The notes under the pieces are model-generated. The model saw nothing but the letters and a program-made list of their open reading frames with translations, was not told the DNA's origin and searched no databases. From Azolla caroliniana (lineage: Eukaryota > Plantae > Polypodiophyta), in NCBI GenBank assembly GCA_043228905.1, contig JBHGNT010000013.1, positions 806,001 to 870,000 of the forward strand: a stretch of DNA of 64,000 nucleotides, in the 5' to 3' direction. The position numbers were made by a program, and so were the translations under genes. Within the stretch, counting starts at the first letter, position 1, and every line of letters begins with the position of its first letter. This document shows positions 48,743-61,800 of this stretch, in pieces.

Positions 48743-50588
48743 ATTTAGTTGAATTTATATTTCTATCATTATACTTTTACCTGTAAATTCTCATACATGA
48801 GAGCTAAAATGAGTGACATGGTTATCATGCACCACATGTAATACATAAGCGCCAAATGGCAAGCATGCATTTTATACATGTCTTGTACCCTCACATGCAT
48901 CATATGCATGAGAGCATCTATAAAAGAAGGAAGGGGGAGGAGAAAAAAAGCGTTTTTTTTTGTTATGAAATTAAGAAGAAGAAATTCGTTATCAAATTGA
49001 TGGTGTAACTTGTTTCTTAAATCCAAAGATAAAAGTTCAATCAATCTCTCTCAATCGTTTAATCTCAACTTCTCTCTTTCCCAATCTAACTTAAGTACTT
49101 TCTCGCCAAAGCTTGCGCCAAAGCTTGTACCGACTTTGAATCCTTCCGGTCCAGAACCCCGGCGGTTCTGCCTCACGATCCGCGCGTAGTGACGGATCTT
49201 CACGACAACGGTATCCAAGCTATCTGATGTAGGAGTCGAACTTCTGGTACCACATCCTCGGTGCTTGTTTCAAGCCATAAAGGCTTTTCTTCAGTCGACA
49301 TACGAGGTAACTTTCCTCCCCCGTCGCTATGAAGCCTGCCGGTTGAGACATGTAAATTTCTTCTTCCTGATCTCCATGTAGGAATGACGTCTTTACATCC
49401 AGTTGCTCTAGCTCTAGGTCTTCTATCACCACAACTCCTAGGAGTCTGAGGGTGACCCTCTTCACTACTGGTGAGAATATCTCGTAGTAGTCGACCCCAT
49501 TTTCTTGTTTGAACCCTTTCGTGACAAGTCAAGCTTTGTACTTGGGTTTCTCTGAGTCAGATACATATTTGTATCGGAAAACCCATTTGCAGGGATAGCG
49601 GCTTTCTTCCAGCTGGTAATTCAACTAGTTCCCATGTCTAATTCTTGTGAATCGAGTCCATTTCAGATCTCATGGCTTGCAACCATGTATCGGAGTCCTG
49701 TGCGGCATAACATCATCATATGTGCTTGGTTCGCCTGCATCGCTGTAGTTGACGTAGTCGAGGCCCGATTGATAGAACTCTGTCGGCCTTCGAGCTCGTC
49801 CAGATCTCCTGGATGCCGAGATAAATGGTTTAGATTCTTCGATTAGCTCTATCGGTCAACCGGTATTTGTTGAACCGTTTGTGTCAGGAGTCTTGTTAGG
49901 TGACCCCCCCCCCCCCCCCCATGCTAGGATTTCAGCGGTGTCATGGCGTTCTCCCCTATGGGCTTTGTCGACTCGGATCACATCTTGTTGACTGTTGTAC
50001 GTTTTAGGGTTAGGGATGACGATTATGATAGCATGATTATAATGATGGGTGTGATGATGGAGATAAGCATTGTGGAATGGTGGAGATGGTGAATGGTATG
50101 GGATTGATGGCGAGAGAGATCATGTGCATTGAGAAGCATTGCGGGGTGAGGGGTGGTGTCTAGAATGGCTCCACCCCCCTCCCAAGGGGGTTCAACGTAA
50201 GGGGAGATAGAAGAGAGAGATGACAAGAGAGAGATTGAGAGAGAGAGAAATGTTCATTCATGTATTCATTCATTCCCCATAAGGGGTTAAATAGGTACAA
50301 AGGGGTAGATCCACAAGGGTGCAAGCCCCTTTGGCATTCACACCTAGTCATTCACTCACACCTCTTTGTATCTACCACACTCACACTTACATTCACACTC
50401 ATAATCGTATAAAATCACACATACATATCAACACATTACATCTTTCACCCTCACTTATCACACTTATCCATCACACGTACGTCTCGTACGGTAACACAAT
50501 ATGGCACGCCCATGGGAGAGTGCCTTGCACGTCGATCCCATATGCCTTGATCATAATTTTTCTTCGACCGGAATTTCCATCGGTCCTC

Positions 50589-50812
50589 TCAACGATCGAC
50601 TCCCTCGATCGAAGCGCTTGACTCGAACATCTCCGTTGGTTAGCGACTCTTCGGTAACACGAACATTCTCGTTCTGTCGACTTACGAACTTTGGTAACAT
50701 CAACGATCGACTCCCTCGATCGGAGCGCTTGACTCAAACATCTCCGTCGGTCAGCGAATCTTCATCGACACGAACATTCCCGTTCTGTCGATTCACGAAC
50801 TTCGGTAACATC
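50589..50812 (+). repeat. 111-bp tandem duplication
   Basis: TCAACGATCGACTCCCTCGATCG.AGCGCTTGACTC...GGTAACATCA at 50589 and 50700. Confidence 0.9.
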
Positions 50813-51450
50813 ATTTGGGTCGTCAAAAAAACGTTGTTTGTATGTGTGTTCCTTTTGTTGATTTTGTGAGTTTTGTGTTGATCGCGTCCATTTCGTTTAG
50901 GCTGATGAGTTTTCAAAATTTCGTAGGTGCCCTTTGATTTTTAAAATTTTTATTATATACCCTCGAGTTTTGAAAATTTCATTCAGTACCCCCAAGTTTC
51001 TGAAATTTTAGGCTGTTACCCTCAACATTTTAAAATTTCTTCGCATGCCCCTCTCTTCTCTTTTTCTCTCTGATTTTTTTTTCGTGTTTGTCTTCTTACG
51101 TTTTATCCCGCGTGTTGTCTGCATCTTCTTCCTCCTCCTTGGTGTTAACCGTTGCTTCTTCTCCTCTTCCTGTCTTTCTTTTCCTCCTCTCTCTTTCTTC
51201 TTCTATGCCTTTCTCTTCTCTTCTTCTTATTTTCTTTTTCATGCCTTTCTCTTCTCTTCTTCTTATTTTCTTTTTCATGCCTTTCTCTTCTTCCATGACT
51301 TCGTGTTTGTCTGTTCATGCCTTTCTCTTCTTCCATGACATCTTCTTTTTCTTCCTTCTTTGTTCTTCTTCTTCCTTGCATTTCTCTTCTCTCTTCTTCT
51401 TATTTTCTGCATGTCTGCCTCTTTCTTCTCTGCGTTGGCTTTGTTTTAGT

Positions 51451-51672
51451 TGTCGTGTACCGAATATTAGAGATTAGGTACTAAAGTAAGCATAAAATAA
51501 GGATATATCAATGATAGATCTAGAAAGAATAGAGAGAAAAGAGAGAAAGAAGGGTGCCGATCCACCCTACCACCCCCGAGCGAAGGGATCGAGACGGACT
51601 CGAGCCTCGATCGGCGTCCCATACCACCGCCTTGGCGTCGAGTCGTACCTGGATGATAGCGCGCTTGCTACA
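51451..51672. mobile_element. Putative short LTR, possibly the 3' LTR of the Athila-like element
   Basis: TGTCGTG...CTACA termini downstream of the extra ORF. No clear PPT or TSD. Confidence 0.4.
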
Positions 51673-52100
51673 AGAGTCGTTCCACTCACGGACAGAGTCT
51701 CGATGTCGTCTGTCCAGCCCGTTTGGCTACTCCGGCCACTGTTCGGCTATTACGGCCGCTTTGGCCGCTCCTCGGCCACTCTTTGGCCACTCGTCCGTCT
51801 CCATCTCCCGTCGTGGCCATCTCCGACCACTGATGTCGTCCTTGCCCGGCCGCCTCTATTCGGCCACTACGACCGTTCTTAGGTCGCTTTCTGGCCTCTC
51901 CTCCATCTCTGTCGGTGTCCGGTTGTCCTTGTCCTCTTCCGACCATGCGTTCGGTTCATCAGTTGTCTGGTACTTGTCCATCCGGCCCATCTGGCTTTCT
52001 GTTCGGGTCTCCTCCTATGATGGTTGTCGGCTCTGTTGACGGTGTCTGTCTCTCTGTTCAGCTAATGGTTGTTTGGCCATTCCGGCTGTTGTTTAGGGTT

Positions 52101-53408
52101 TCAAGCCGCCGTCGTTCCTTCCGGCCATTGGCTGTTGTACGGCCATCCGCTGTCCACTCGTATGTCCAACCGTTTTCGTCTCCCCTCTCTGTGTCCGCTT
52201 GTTCGGCTACCGGTGCCTTGTTGCGTTTGCATGGAGGTTTGACGGATGGGCTCGCTTGTAGATGGGTGGTCCAGCCTGCTTGCGCCGAGTTGCAATTCCG
52301 TTTCTGCCCGTGGACCACCCTGCTGTCCTGGTTCCCCTTGCGCTTCTTCTTGGTTGGCCGAAGGAGGCTGCATTGACCTTTCCGGCTCTGGCGGGATGGG
52401 ACTTTCCGGTGTTGTCGGTGGTGCAGGAGTTTCTGATTCCGGTGCTATGCGCACCGGTTCAGGTTCCTCCCTTGGCGTGGGAGTCTCAGTATGGGGCGCC
52501 AGTGTTCCCTCCGTCTGAGGGTCCGAACGTTTCTCGGCTGCCTCAACAGTCCTTGTCGACGACCGTCGTTGGAGGTGCTCCGTAGGCTCCTCCTCTATTT
52601 CCTCTTCTTGAGTCCCGGCATTGAGTTTTGCCGCCAAGGGGTCCGCTTCTCTATTCACCGGTCGGCGGAGTGTAACCTTTACGGGCCGTACCGATGGTTC
52701 CTCCTGCGCATCCATTGGCCGCTTCCGGCTGGCGCTCTCCTTTCCCGCCTGTTCTGCGTCCGCCGCCTTCCCCTTAGTGGCCTTAGAGGCCAATAGCTGT
52801 TGTCATTTGGAAGTAGTCTTTGGGGTGCCGTCCGCCACGCTTCCCCGCTTCTTGGGCTGGACGGTCTGGACGGGTGGCACAAGTAAGGTGAGCCACTGCG
52901 TTACGGCGTGCCATATCCTCCGTCCGTCTCGGCCTTCTTTGCCATCTTTGCCTCTGACGATCTCGATTGCCACACACAAACCTTCTGCGATCAATATCGG
53001 CCAATCCACCTTGATCCCTTCATAGGTGGCGATGATCATCCCTGCCCGGTTCTGTGGCATGACAGGGGGTCTAGGGTACACATGGTCGTATTCGTGGAGC
53101 ACACGAGCAATCTTGCGGAACAACATATCTCCGCCGCCCTGTGTCTGGTAGCCCTTGTTGGCTAGGGAGTACTCACCAAAATACTTGATGAGTTGCTCCG
53201 AGGTCGGATTGTCAATCGTGAGTATGCTTCCCTCCGGAAGGCCTATTAACGCTTGAATCGCCTCCGCCGTTATGACCTCTGTGTCGATTTCTTTGATCAC
53301 CTTGTTGGCTTCTTTGTGTGGCGGTACCTCCATCATCATCAAGAAGCCCTCGAGCCCGTGTTGCTTTAGCCATGTCTTGGCGGCTTTCGACAGCGTTTGC
53401 GGGTCCAT
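52101..53408 (-). pseudogene. Extra 3' ORF of the Athila-like Gypsy (plant-transposon/PMD-like domain plus low-complexity tail), one in-frame stop
   Basis: ORFs 52803-53408 and 52101-52793 are in the same frame. ITAEAIQALIGLP...GIKVDWPILI. Same strand as pol, downstream of INT. Confidence 0.65.
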
Positions 53409-54137
53409 GTCTGTGTCGAGGTCAGATTGCAGTGGCGAGGTTGGATGGTGATGAGAGTGAGATTGAGAGAGAGAGAGTTCAGAAGGCGGGGGTTCTCTGT
53501 GCGTAGGTTCTCGTCTGATGATCTGTTGGGACTACGGTCCCTTCGGATGGGATGGTCGGATGTCGGAGATGAATGACGACAAGCCCGGTTGCGGTTTTCG
53601 GAACCGGATGATGAAGACCCCGGCTTCGGAGCCGGATGACGAATGTACCCGGAGGAAGAGATCCGGATGCGGGGACATATCCGTGAATATGTTTGCCAAG
53701 GGCCCTTGAGGCTATAGTTGTAAATAGCCCCAAAGTCATATGTGTATAAATATGACTTAGGGCAAACAGTTTTAAAGTTGCTACTCATTTTTCTGTTTTT
53801 CCACTCAAGAGGAGTGAAGAGAGAGCAGCCGTGAGAGAGAGATAGAGCGTGAGAGAGGAAGAGGTCGACGCCTCTGTGTAATTCTGCCGCCTGTGGCGAG
53901 GACAGCGAGCTCAAGGTCGTCGCCTTGCAGCTCGCCATTGTATATTTCTCTGTGCATAGTTTTGGTTCGGAGTCTTGTACTCCCGTGGTTTTTCCCGTAC
54001 AGGGTTTTCCACGTTAAATCGTGTGTCCACTTATTTACTTTTGCATTTCCCATTTTCTGCAACAACGATTTGTGTGTTTCCTTGGTTGTGGCCGAGAGGT
54101 GAAGTTTGGAAAGTGTCGATTATTTTTTCCATCAATT

Positions 54138-54149
54138 TGGTATCAGAGC
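54138..54149 (+). promoter_or_regulatory. Primer binding site, tRNA-iMet
   Basis: TGGTATCAGAGC. Confidence 0.95.
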
Positions 54150-54164
54150 GAGCTACTGCAGAAA

Positions 54165-57100
54165 ATGGAAGGCGGCGGCAGCGGGCAGCCGGGGATGATG
54201 GTGCTGAATGCGCAGAATTACGCCGACTGGAAGATCAAGATGGAGGATCTTCTGATTGTTCGGGACCTGTACGAACCGATTGACAAGTCGGAAATACCGA
54301 AGGGGGTACTTGAGACGGAATGGAGGCTTCTGAACCGGAAAGCCGTTGCAACCATTCGGCAATACGTCGACGTGAGCGTTCTACAACATGTGGCGAACGA
54401 CACCAACGCATATGAGATGTGGCGGAAGCTGTCGGGCCTCTACGAGAGGAAGAATGCATTGAACCGGACCTCCCTGATGAGGAAGATAGTGAACCTCAAG
54501 TACCGGGACGGCGAGAGTATGGTGGAACACGTAAGCACGTTCATGGGATTCGTGAACCAGCTTGCGGCGATCAAGTTCCCGTTGGAGGATGCAATGCAAG
54601 CCATCATCCTGATGTGTACATTGCCGGAAAGCTGGGAGAACTTGGTGGTGACTCTCAGCACCTCCTGCACCGAAGATAACTTGTCCTTACAAACGGTAAA
54701 GACAAGCATTTTGAACGAAGAAGCGCGTCGGAGAGATAAAGAACTGGCCTCCGACCCGAAGATGCTGCTTACCGAATCGGATCGGGGAAGACAACGGAAC
54801 CGGAGTCCGCAAAGACGGGAGAAGTCGGGGACCCGGTCGCAGTCAAGAGGAAGGCCCACATGCTTCCACTGTGGGAAGCCGGGGCACTTCCGAAAGAACT
54901 GTCTGCATTACCGAAAAGACAACGGAGCCGACGACACCGATTCGAAGAAGTCTTCGGAACGGAACGGTACTTACCGGGGAGCCACGGACCGGAATGGTTC
55001 GGATCGGCGAGGGCAGGACCGGAAAGGAACAACGACACTCGCGGCAAGTGAAGAGGAGATCATGCTCATCACCGAAGAAGGTGAACTAAACATTGCCGGC
55101 GATGAGACTACCTGGGTGGTCGATTCCGGAGCGTCGTTCCACCTGACCCCGGAAAGAAGATACTTCTCATCCTACACAGCCGGTGAGCATGGCTGTGTTC
55201 GGATGGGAAATGAAGGTACGTGCCGGATTGCCGGCATAGGAGACGTGTGGTTGACAACCTCGACCGGATGCAAAATGCTGCTGAAGGATGTCAGACATGT
55301 TCCGGAGGTTCGATTGAACCTGATTTCGGCCGGGAGGCTAGACGATGAAGGCTACACAGGTAGCATCCGGAACGGCGTAATGAAGTTCAGCAAGGGGAGC
55401 CTGATAGTGGCTCGGGCCCGGAAAGTCAACACACTGTACCTTATGAATGCCCGGTTGTGTCCGGAAGAGTTGAACGTGGCAGCCGACACTGCCGGTGAGC
55501 TGTGGCACAAGAGACTGTGCCACATGAGTGAGAAGGGGATGAAGAGGCTTGCAGAAGACAACCTTATTCCAGTGAAGCACGTGCACCTGGAGAAGTGCAC
55601 CGATTGCCTGGCCGGTAAGCAGAACCGAACCTCCTTCCACTCAAGGCCACCGACGAGACGTAGCGCACCATTGGAGTTGGTGCACACTGATGTGTGTCAG
55701 GTAGAAACGAAGTCACATGGCGGAGCCCAGTACTTCGTAACATTCATAGATGATCATAGCCGAAAACTGTGGACGGCACCGCTGAAGACAAAGGACCAAG
55801 TGTTGTGCGTCTTCAAAGAACTCCACGCGAGAGTGGAAAGGGAATCCGGCAAGAAGCTGAAAGCGATACGAGCGGATAACGGAGGGGAATACCGGGGGCA
55901 GTTCAAGGAGTACTGTCGCTCGAAGGGAATCCGGCTCGAGTTTACTGTGCCGAAGACGCCGGAACTGAACGGGCTGGCCGAGAGGATGAACCGGACCATA
56001 ATGGAGAGGGTCCGGAGTATGCTGGCGCATGCGAAATTACCCAAGGGGTTTTGGGCTGAGGCAATGTCGACGGCGACATACGTGATAAACAGATCACCCT
56101 CAGTACCTTTGGACGGAGACACGCCGCAGAGAGTGTGGACCGGTAGGGAAGTATCCTACCGGCATCTGAAGGTGTTCGGGTGTCTCGCATATGTGCATGT
56201 GGCAAAGGACCGGAGAGGAAAGCTAGATCCAAAGACCCGGCCATGCATATTCCTCGGTTACGGCGATGACGAGTTCGGCTACCGAGTATGGGACCCGGTC
56301 GACAAAAGGATATTCCCGGAGTCGTGATATCATCTTCATGGAGGACAAGACACTCGCCGACTGGGAGTCGGAGAAGAAGATGAAGAGCTCCAAGTCGACC
56401 GGTGAGGATCAACTCTACGAGGAGCAGTCCCAACCGGCAAGGGACCGGTTAGCACTCGAGGATCCGGCCGAAGGCGGTGAAGAAACAGAACTGGCCGAGG
56501 AAGATGAAACTGATACCGGAACCGGCCCCGATCCCGAAATGGATTCGGATGAAGAGGAAACGGAGGAGCCGGTTACCGAAGCTCCGGAACGGAGATATCC
56601 TCTAAGAGAGAGAAGGGCCCCCCGGAGATTTCCGGAACCAGAGCACGTGCTGCTAACCGACGAGGGGGAGCCGGAGAGCTTTGAAGAAGCAAAGCATGAC
56701 ACCCAGAGCCGCAGGTGGTTGAGTGCCATGCAGGACGAGATGGATTCCCTGCATGAGAACCACACATATGAACTTGTGGAGTTGCCGAAAGGAAAGCGGG
56801 CACTTCGAAACAAGTGGGTGTTCACGCTGAAACCGGGAGATGCCGGAAAACCCCCGAGATACAAAGCCAGGATCGTGGTGAAGGGGTTCCAGCAGAAGAA
56901 GGGCGTCGACTTCGACGAGATATTTGCCCCGGTAGTGAAGATGACCTCCATCCGGACGGTGCTGAGCATAGCGGCAAGCATGGACCTCGAGGTAGAACAG
57001 ATGGACGTGAAGACGGCATTCCTTCACGGTGACCTCGAAGAAGAGATCTACATGCAGCAACCGGAAGGATTCGAGAAGAAAGGGAAGGAGCACCTGGTAT

Positions 57101-58239
57101 GCCGGTTGAAGAAGAGCCTTTACGGACTGAAGCAGGCTCCCCGGCAATGGTACCGGAAGTTCGATTCTTTCATGACCGACGAAGGGTACCACAAAACGCA
57201 GTCCGATCACTGCGTGTTTGTGAAGAAGTTCGAAGGAGGAGACTTTCTAATACTCCTCCTGTACGTGGACGACATGTTGATCGTCGGACGGGACCAGGTC
57301 AAGATACGGATGTTGAAGAAAGCGCTTCACCGAACTTTCTCAATGAAGGACCTGGGTTCGGCGAGGCAAATACTAGGGATGCACATCATCCGGGACCGGA
57401 AGAAGAAGCAATTGTGGCTGTCACAGGAGAAGTACGTGACAAAGGTGCTTCACCGGTTCAACATGTCGGAAGCAAGACCGGTCGGATCGACCCTCCCGGC
57501 AAACTGCAAGCTGTCCAGCAAGCAAAGCCCCAAGACAAAGGCTGAGAAGGAGGACATGATGAAAGTGCCATATGCCTCTGCCGTCGGAAGCATGATGTAC
57601 GCAATGGTGTGTACAAGACCGGACATTGGATATGCAGTCGGAGTGGTGAGCCGGTACATGAGCAATCCCGGCAAAGAGCACTGGAACGCGGCCAAGTGGA
57701 TACTCCGATACCTGAAGGGCACGGCAAACGTGTGCCTTCGATTCGGCTCCGGTAAGCCCGAACTTGACGGCTTTACGGATTCGGATATGTCGGCTGATGC
57801 AGATACCAGCCGATCCACATCAGGGTATGTGATGACGTATGCAGGGGGAGCTGTTTCATGGCAGTCGAGGCTGCAGAAGACGGTTGCGTTGTCAACCACG
57901 GAGGCGGAGTACATGGCGGCTGTTGAAGCCGGCAAGGAAATAATATGGATGAAGGACTTCATTGGAGAGCTCGGTATCCGGCAGGAGGAGTACCGACTCT
58001 ACTGCGACAGTCAGAGTGCCATCCACCTTGCGAAGAACGCGGCCTATCACTCCCGGACGAAGCACATCCAGCGAAGATATCACTGGATCCAGGAAAGGAT
58101 AGAAGACAAGGAGTTCGTGCTGACGAAGGTCCACACGGACGAGAACGGGTCGGATATGCTGACCAAGGTGCTCACACCCGACAAGCTGGAAGCATGCCGG
58201 AAGAGGATCGGATTGGAGAGACACCCCATGCCGAAGTGA
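54165..58239 (+). CDS. Copia gag-pol polyprotein with a single +1 frameshift at 56315-56317
   Basis: CFHCGKPGHFRKNC, WVVDSGAS, HKRLCH..CTDC, DNGGEY, YVDD, TDSD. TTCCCGG has one extra C relative to the expected IFRSRDIIF. Confidence 0.93.
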
Positions 58240-58247
58240 AGGGGGAG
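58233..58247 (+). promoter_or_regulatory. Polypurine tract
   Basis: GAAGTGAAGGGGGAG just before the 3' LTR. Confidence 0.9.
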
Positions 58248-58860
58248 TTTGTTGGGACTACGGTCCCTTCGGATGGGATGGTCGGATGTCGGAGATGAAT
58301 GACGACAAGCCCGGTTGCGGTTTTCGGAACCGGATGATGAAGACCCCGGCTTCGGAGCCGGATGACGAATGTACCCGGAGGAAGAGATCCGGATGCGGGG
58401 ACATATCCGTGAATATGTTTGCCAAGGGCCCTTGAGGCTATAGTTGTAAATAGCCCCAAAGTCATATGTGTATAAATATGACTTAGGGCAAACAGTTTTA
58501 AAGTTGCTACTCATTTTTCTGTTTTTCCACTCAAGAGGAGTGAAGAGAGAGCAGCCGTGAGAGAGAGATAGAGCGTGAGAGAGGAAGAGGTCGACGCCTC
58601 TGTGTAATTCCGCCGCCTGTGGCGAGGACAGCGAGCTCAAGGTCGTCGCCTTGCAGCTCGCCATTGTATATTTCTCTGTGCATAGTTTTGGTTCGGAGTC
58701 TTGTACTCCCGTGGTTTTTCCCGTACAGGGTTTTCCACGTTAAATCGTGTGTCCACTTATTTACTTTTGCATTTCCCATTTTCTGCAACAACGATTTGTG
58801 TGTTTCCTTGGTTGTGGCCGAGAGGTGAAGTTTGGAAAGTGTCGATTATTTTTTCCATCA

Positions 58861-61800
58861 TGATCTTGGAGCGCCTTGGTGCTTCTATGCTCCTGGGTTC
58901 GCGAAAGTAAAGGGTCTCCACGCGCAGTGGTTTTTCTCTGTGCATTCTGGCACCTTTTTCGAGTGTGTGCACGTCGTGTACTAAAATAGCATTATGTCCT
59001 GTGGTGGCGCTTAAATGCCCACTTGATACCTTTTCGCTCCTCACTCTTTCGTCCATTCATACCTCGCTTCTGCATGATTACTTCGCTTTTCTTTTCTTTT
59101 CTTTTTTTCTCTCTTTAACAACTTTTAATGTGGTGTGAGGTTAGTTGTCCGTTGGTCCTATCGGACCCTTACCGGCCTCATTACGGTTACCGGCCTCATT
59201 CTCCCCTATTACCGGCTTGCCGTCTCCTCCTTCTTGGTGGTTGCCGTTCCCCTCACAGGTTGTCGTTTCCTCACCGGTGTCGGTCCTTTGTTCAAATGGG
59301 TTCTTAGGCATCGGTCCTCTATATGGCTTCAATCAGAATCCGTTGACCCATTTGCCTAGCACTTCGCTGGCAAGTGTCCCTAACTGGTAGGACCCATTAT
59401 ACTCACGTGTCAACCAATACGGGCCGGTCCATCTAAACCGTAGTTTTCCCGGCACCTTGCCCATCCGAGTCTGAATTACTAACACCGGCTTGCCGATTGC
59501 GAACATTTTTTCATTTCCTTTCCTGTGCTAGTCGACAAATGCTTTCCGTCGTCGTTGTTCCAATTCTAAGTGCAGGATGCTTGCCAGTCGTTGTTCATCG
59601 AGTTCACACAGCATTGTTAACCGTATTGCCTCCGACTCCTTCTCGTTCAGCCGTTCCCGTAGCTGGATCCATAAGCTGGGTACTTGGAATACCACCGGCA
59701 TTACCGCCTCTAGTCCGAACGCTAACCGGAACGGTGTTGTTCGGATGCTCGTTTTATATGCCGTCCGGTATGCCCAAAGCGCGCTATGTAGCTTGGTATC
59801 CCAATCCGTTCGGTTTTCATTGAAGATCTTCCGGAGGATATTCTGGAGCGTTTTGTTCGTCGATTCCGCTAACCCGTTTGCTTGCGGATAGTATGGTGTG
59901 CTCCGTTTATGGACAACAGCATAGAATGTCGTCAGACTTTCAACTACTTGGCCGAGAAAGTGCCCCCCTTGGTCGCTTATTAATTCGATTGGGCATCCGT
60001 AACGGCACCAGATGTACTCGTATAGAAATTTCGTCGTTGACGCAGCGGTGTTGTCTCTTAAGGCTTTGGCCTCCACCCATTTCGTGCAATAATCCGTCGC
60101 GACGATGATGTACCAATTACCCGTTCTCATTGCCAGTGGTTTGAACGGTTCAACAAAGTCCAGCCCCCACTTCTGGAATGGCTCGAGTGGTAGTACCGGC
60201 TAGTGTGGCATACAAGCCTGCTCCGTTGGCTGGCCCATTCGCTGGCATAGGTCACATTCTTTTGCGTACCGTACCGCATCTCTTAATGTCATTGGCCACC
60301 ATAGGCCACTTTGCCATATTTTCCTGGCCGTCGCATCTCCGGCATAGTGACCTCCGGCAACTCCGCAGTGGGCTTCCCTCAGTATAAGGTCCTTTTCATC
60401 GTTGCGCACAGCCCGTCTCCATATGCCGTTCGCGCCCTTGTGGTAAAGTGTGTCTTGCAGTAAGCAGAAATGTCGGCTTTGCACCGCCAGGCGTTTCCGT
60501 TCGTCCCGGTTCATCTCTTTCGGAGGCAGTCCTGTGCTCAGAAACTGGTGCATGTTTGTGAGCCACTTGTCTTCCTGTGCCACCGTCTCATCTGCTGCCG
60601 TTTCCGTAGTGACTCGAAACAGCTCTGCATCTGGAAACTCGTCCGCTACTCCGTCACCCGTCTCTCCGGACTCTAATCGGCTTAAGTAATCCGCTACAGC
60701 ATGCTGTATCCCGGGTCGGTGGAATATTTCGAACTCGAATTCCTGTAACAATAAGGTCCACCGGGCCAACTTACCGGTGAGTGACGCTTTGGACACCAGG
60801 TAAAGGAGTGCCGAATGATCTACATGGAAGGAAAACTTCCTTCCCAATAAATAATGCCGAAACCTTGTCACACTGTAGATCATCCCTAGAGCTTCCCGTT
60901 CCGTGGTAGAGTAGTTCCGTTCCGCTTGGGATAGCTTTCGGCTGGCATAGTACACTGGCCGGTACCACTTTGGCTCTGTGAGGTGCATTAATACGCTTCT
61001 GATTGCGATGTCGGAGGCGTCCACGAATACATGAAATTCTTTACTCCAATCCAGAGGCTGCACTACCGGTGCTTGCGACAATAGTACCTTGAGGGCCCTA
61101 TACGCCCTATCCTCGGTGTCGGTCCACTGGAATGGTGTCCGATGCACGGCGGCATGCAACGGTGTAGCCAGGTCGGACAAGTATAGGAGCATCCTGCTGT
61201 GCCACCGGATCTGGCCTAAGAACCAGCTCAATGCCTTTGTCGTTGCCGACGCCGGTGCTTCTAATATGGCTTTCACTTTGTCTGGGTCGACTACAATACC
61301 TTCCTGGCTCACAATATGTCCTAATAAGGTTCCACTGGACACGCCAAATACACACTTTGCCGGATTCAAGCTTAACCGGTACGCTCTACACTTTTCTAGA
61401 CAAAGACGGAGGTGCTGAAAATGGTCCTCCTCCTGGCTATAGACGGCGAAATCGTCAAGGAAAACCTGCATAAAAGCCGGGATATATTCACCAAAGATTT
61501 CCATGATGATTCGTTGAAATGTGGCCGGTGCTGTTTTGAGTCCGAACATCATCACCACGGCCACAAACACCCCCCATTCGGTGACGAAAGCCGTTTTCTC
61601 TTGGTCGTCAGGGTGCATCCGGATCTGATTATACCCGCTGAATCCGTCTAGAAAGCTATAGACATCATGGCCAGCGACGGCATCCAACACTCCATCTGTA
61701 AACGGGAGTGGAAATGCATCTGTTACCGTAGCCGCATCCGTTACCGTAGCCGCATTAAGTTTCCGGTAGTCCACACAAACTCGAATTTTTCCGTTCTTCT

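Larger units (their letters stand above)
41135..49207 (+). mobile_element. Full-length non-chromovirus Gypsy, decayed ORFs, 4-bp TSD ACGG
   Basis: LTRs 41135-42247 and 48040-49207 (TGTCGTGAAGAT...ATCTTCAYGACA), TSD at 41131-41134 and 49208-49211, PBS, PPT, and gag-PR-RT-RH-INT order. Confidence 0.97.
39950..49900 (-). mobile_element. Decayed Copia RT/RNase H region split by the Gypsy insertion
   Basis: LEQLDVKT..LHG and LYGLKQAPRMWY at 49220-49465 continue as SDSDPCMYV...IVYVDDMLIAG at 40897-41134. The empty site reads LGYRRSDSDPC in frame. Confidence 0.9.
53524..58860 (+). mobile_element. Very young full-length Copia
   Basis: 611-bp LTRs (53524-54134, 58250-58860) differing at one position that I could find, TSD TGATC, PBS and PPT. 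Confidence 0.98.

Noticed and set aside
50003-50475. TTTTAGGGTTAGGG as a telomeric seed or start of a solo LTR
   Set aside because: Only two units (telo-box-like), and no convincing termini or TSD.
54153-58664. Numerous antisense ORFs over the Copia and Gypsy polyproteins
   Set aside because: Shadow ORFs expected opposite GC-rich coding sequence.
61722-61756. ATVTDA duplication in the RT as a novel insertion domain
   Set aside because: A simple 18-bp tandem duplication in a decaying copy.
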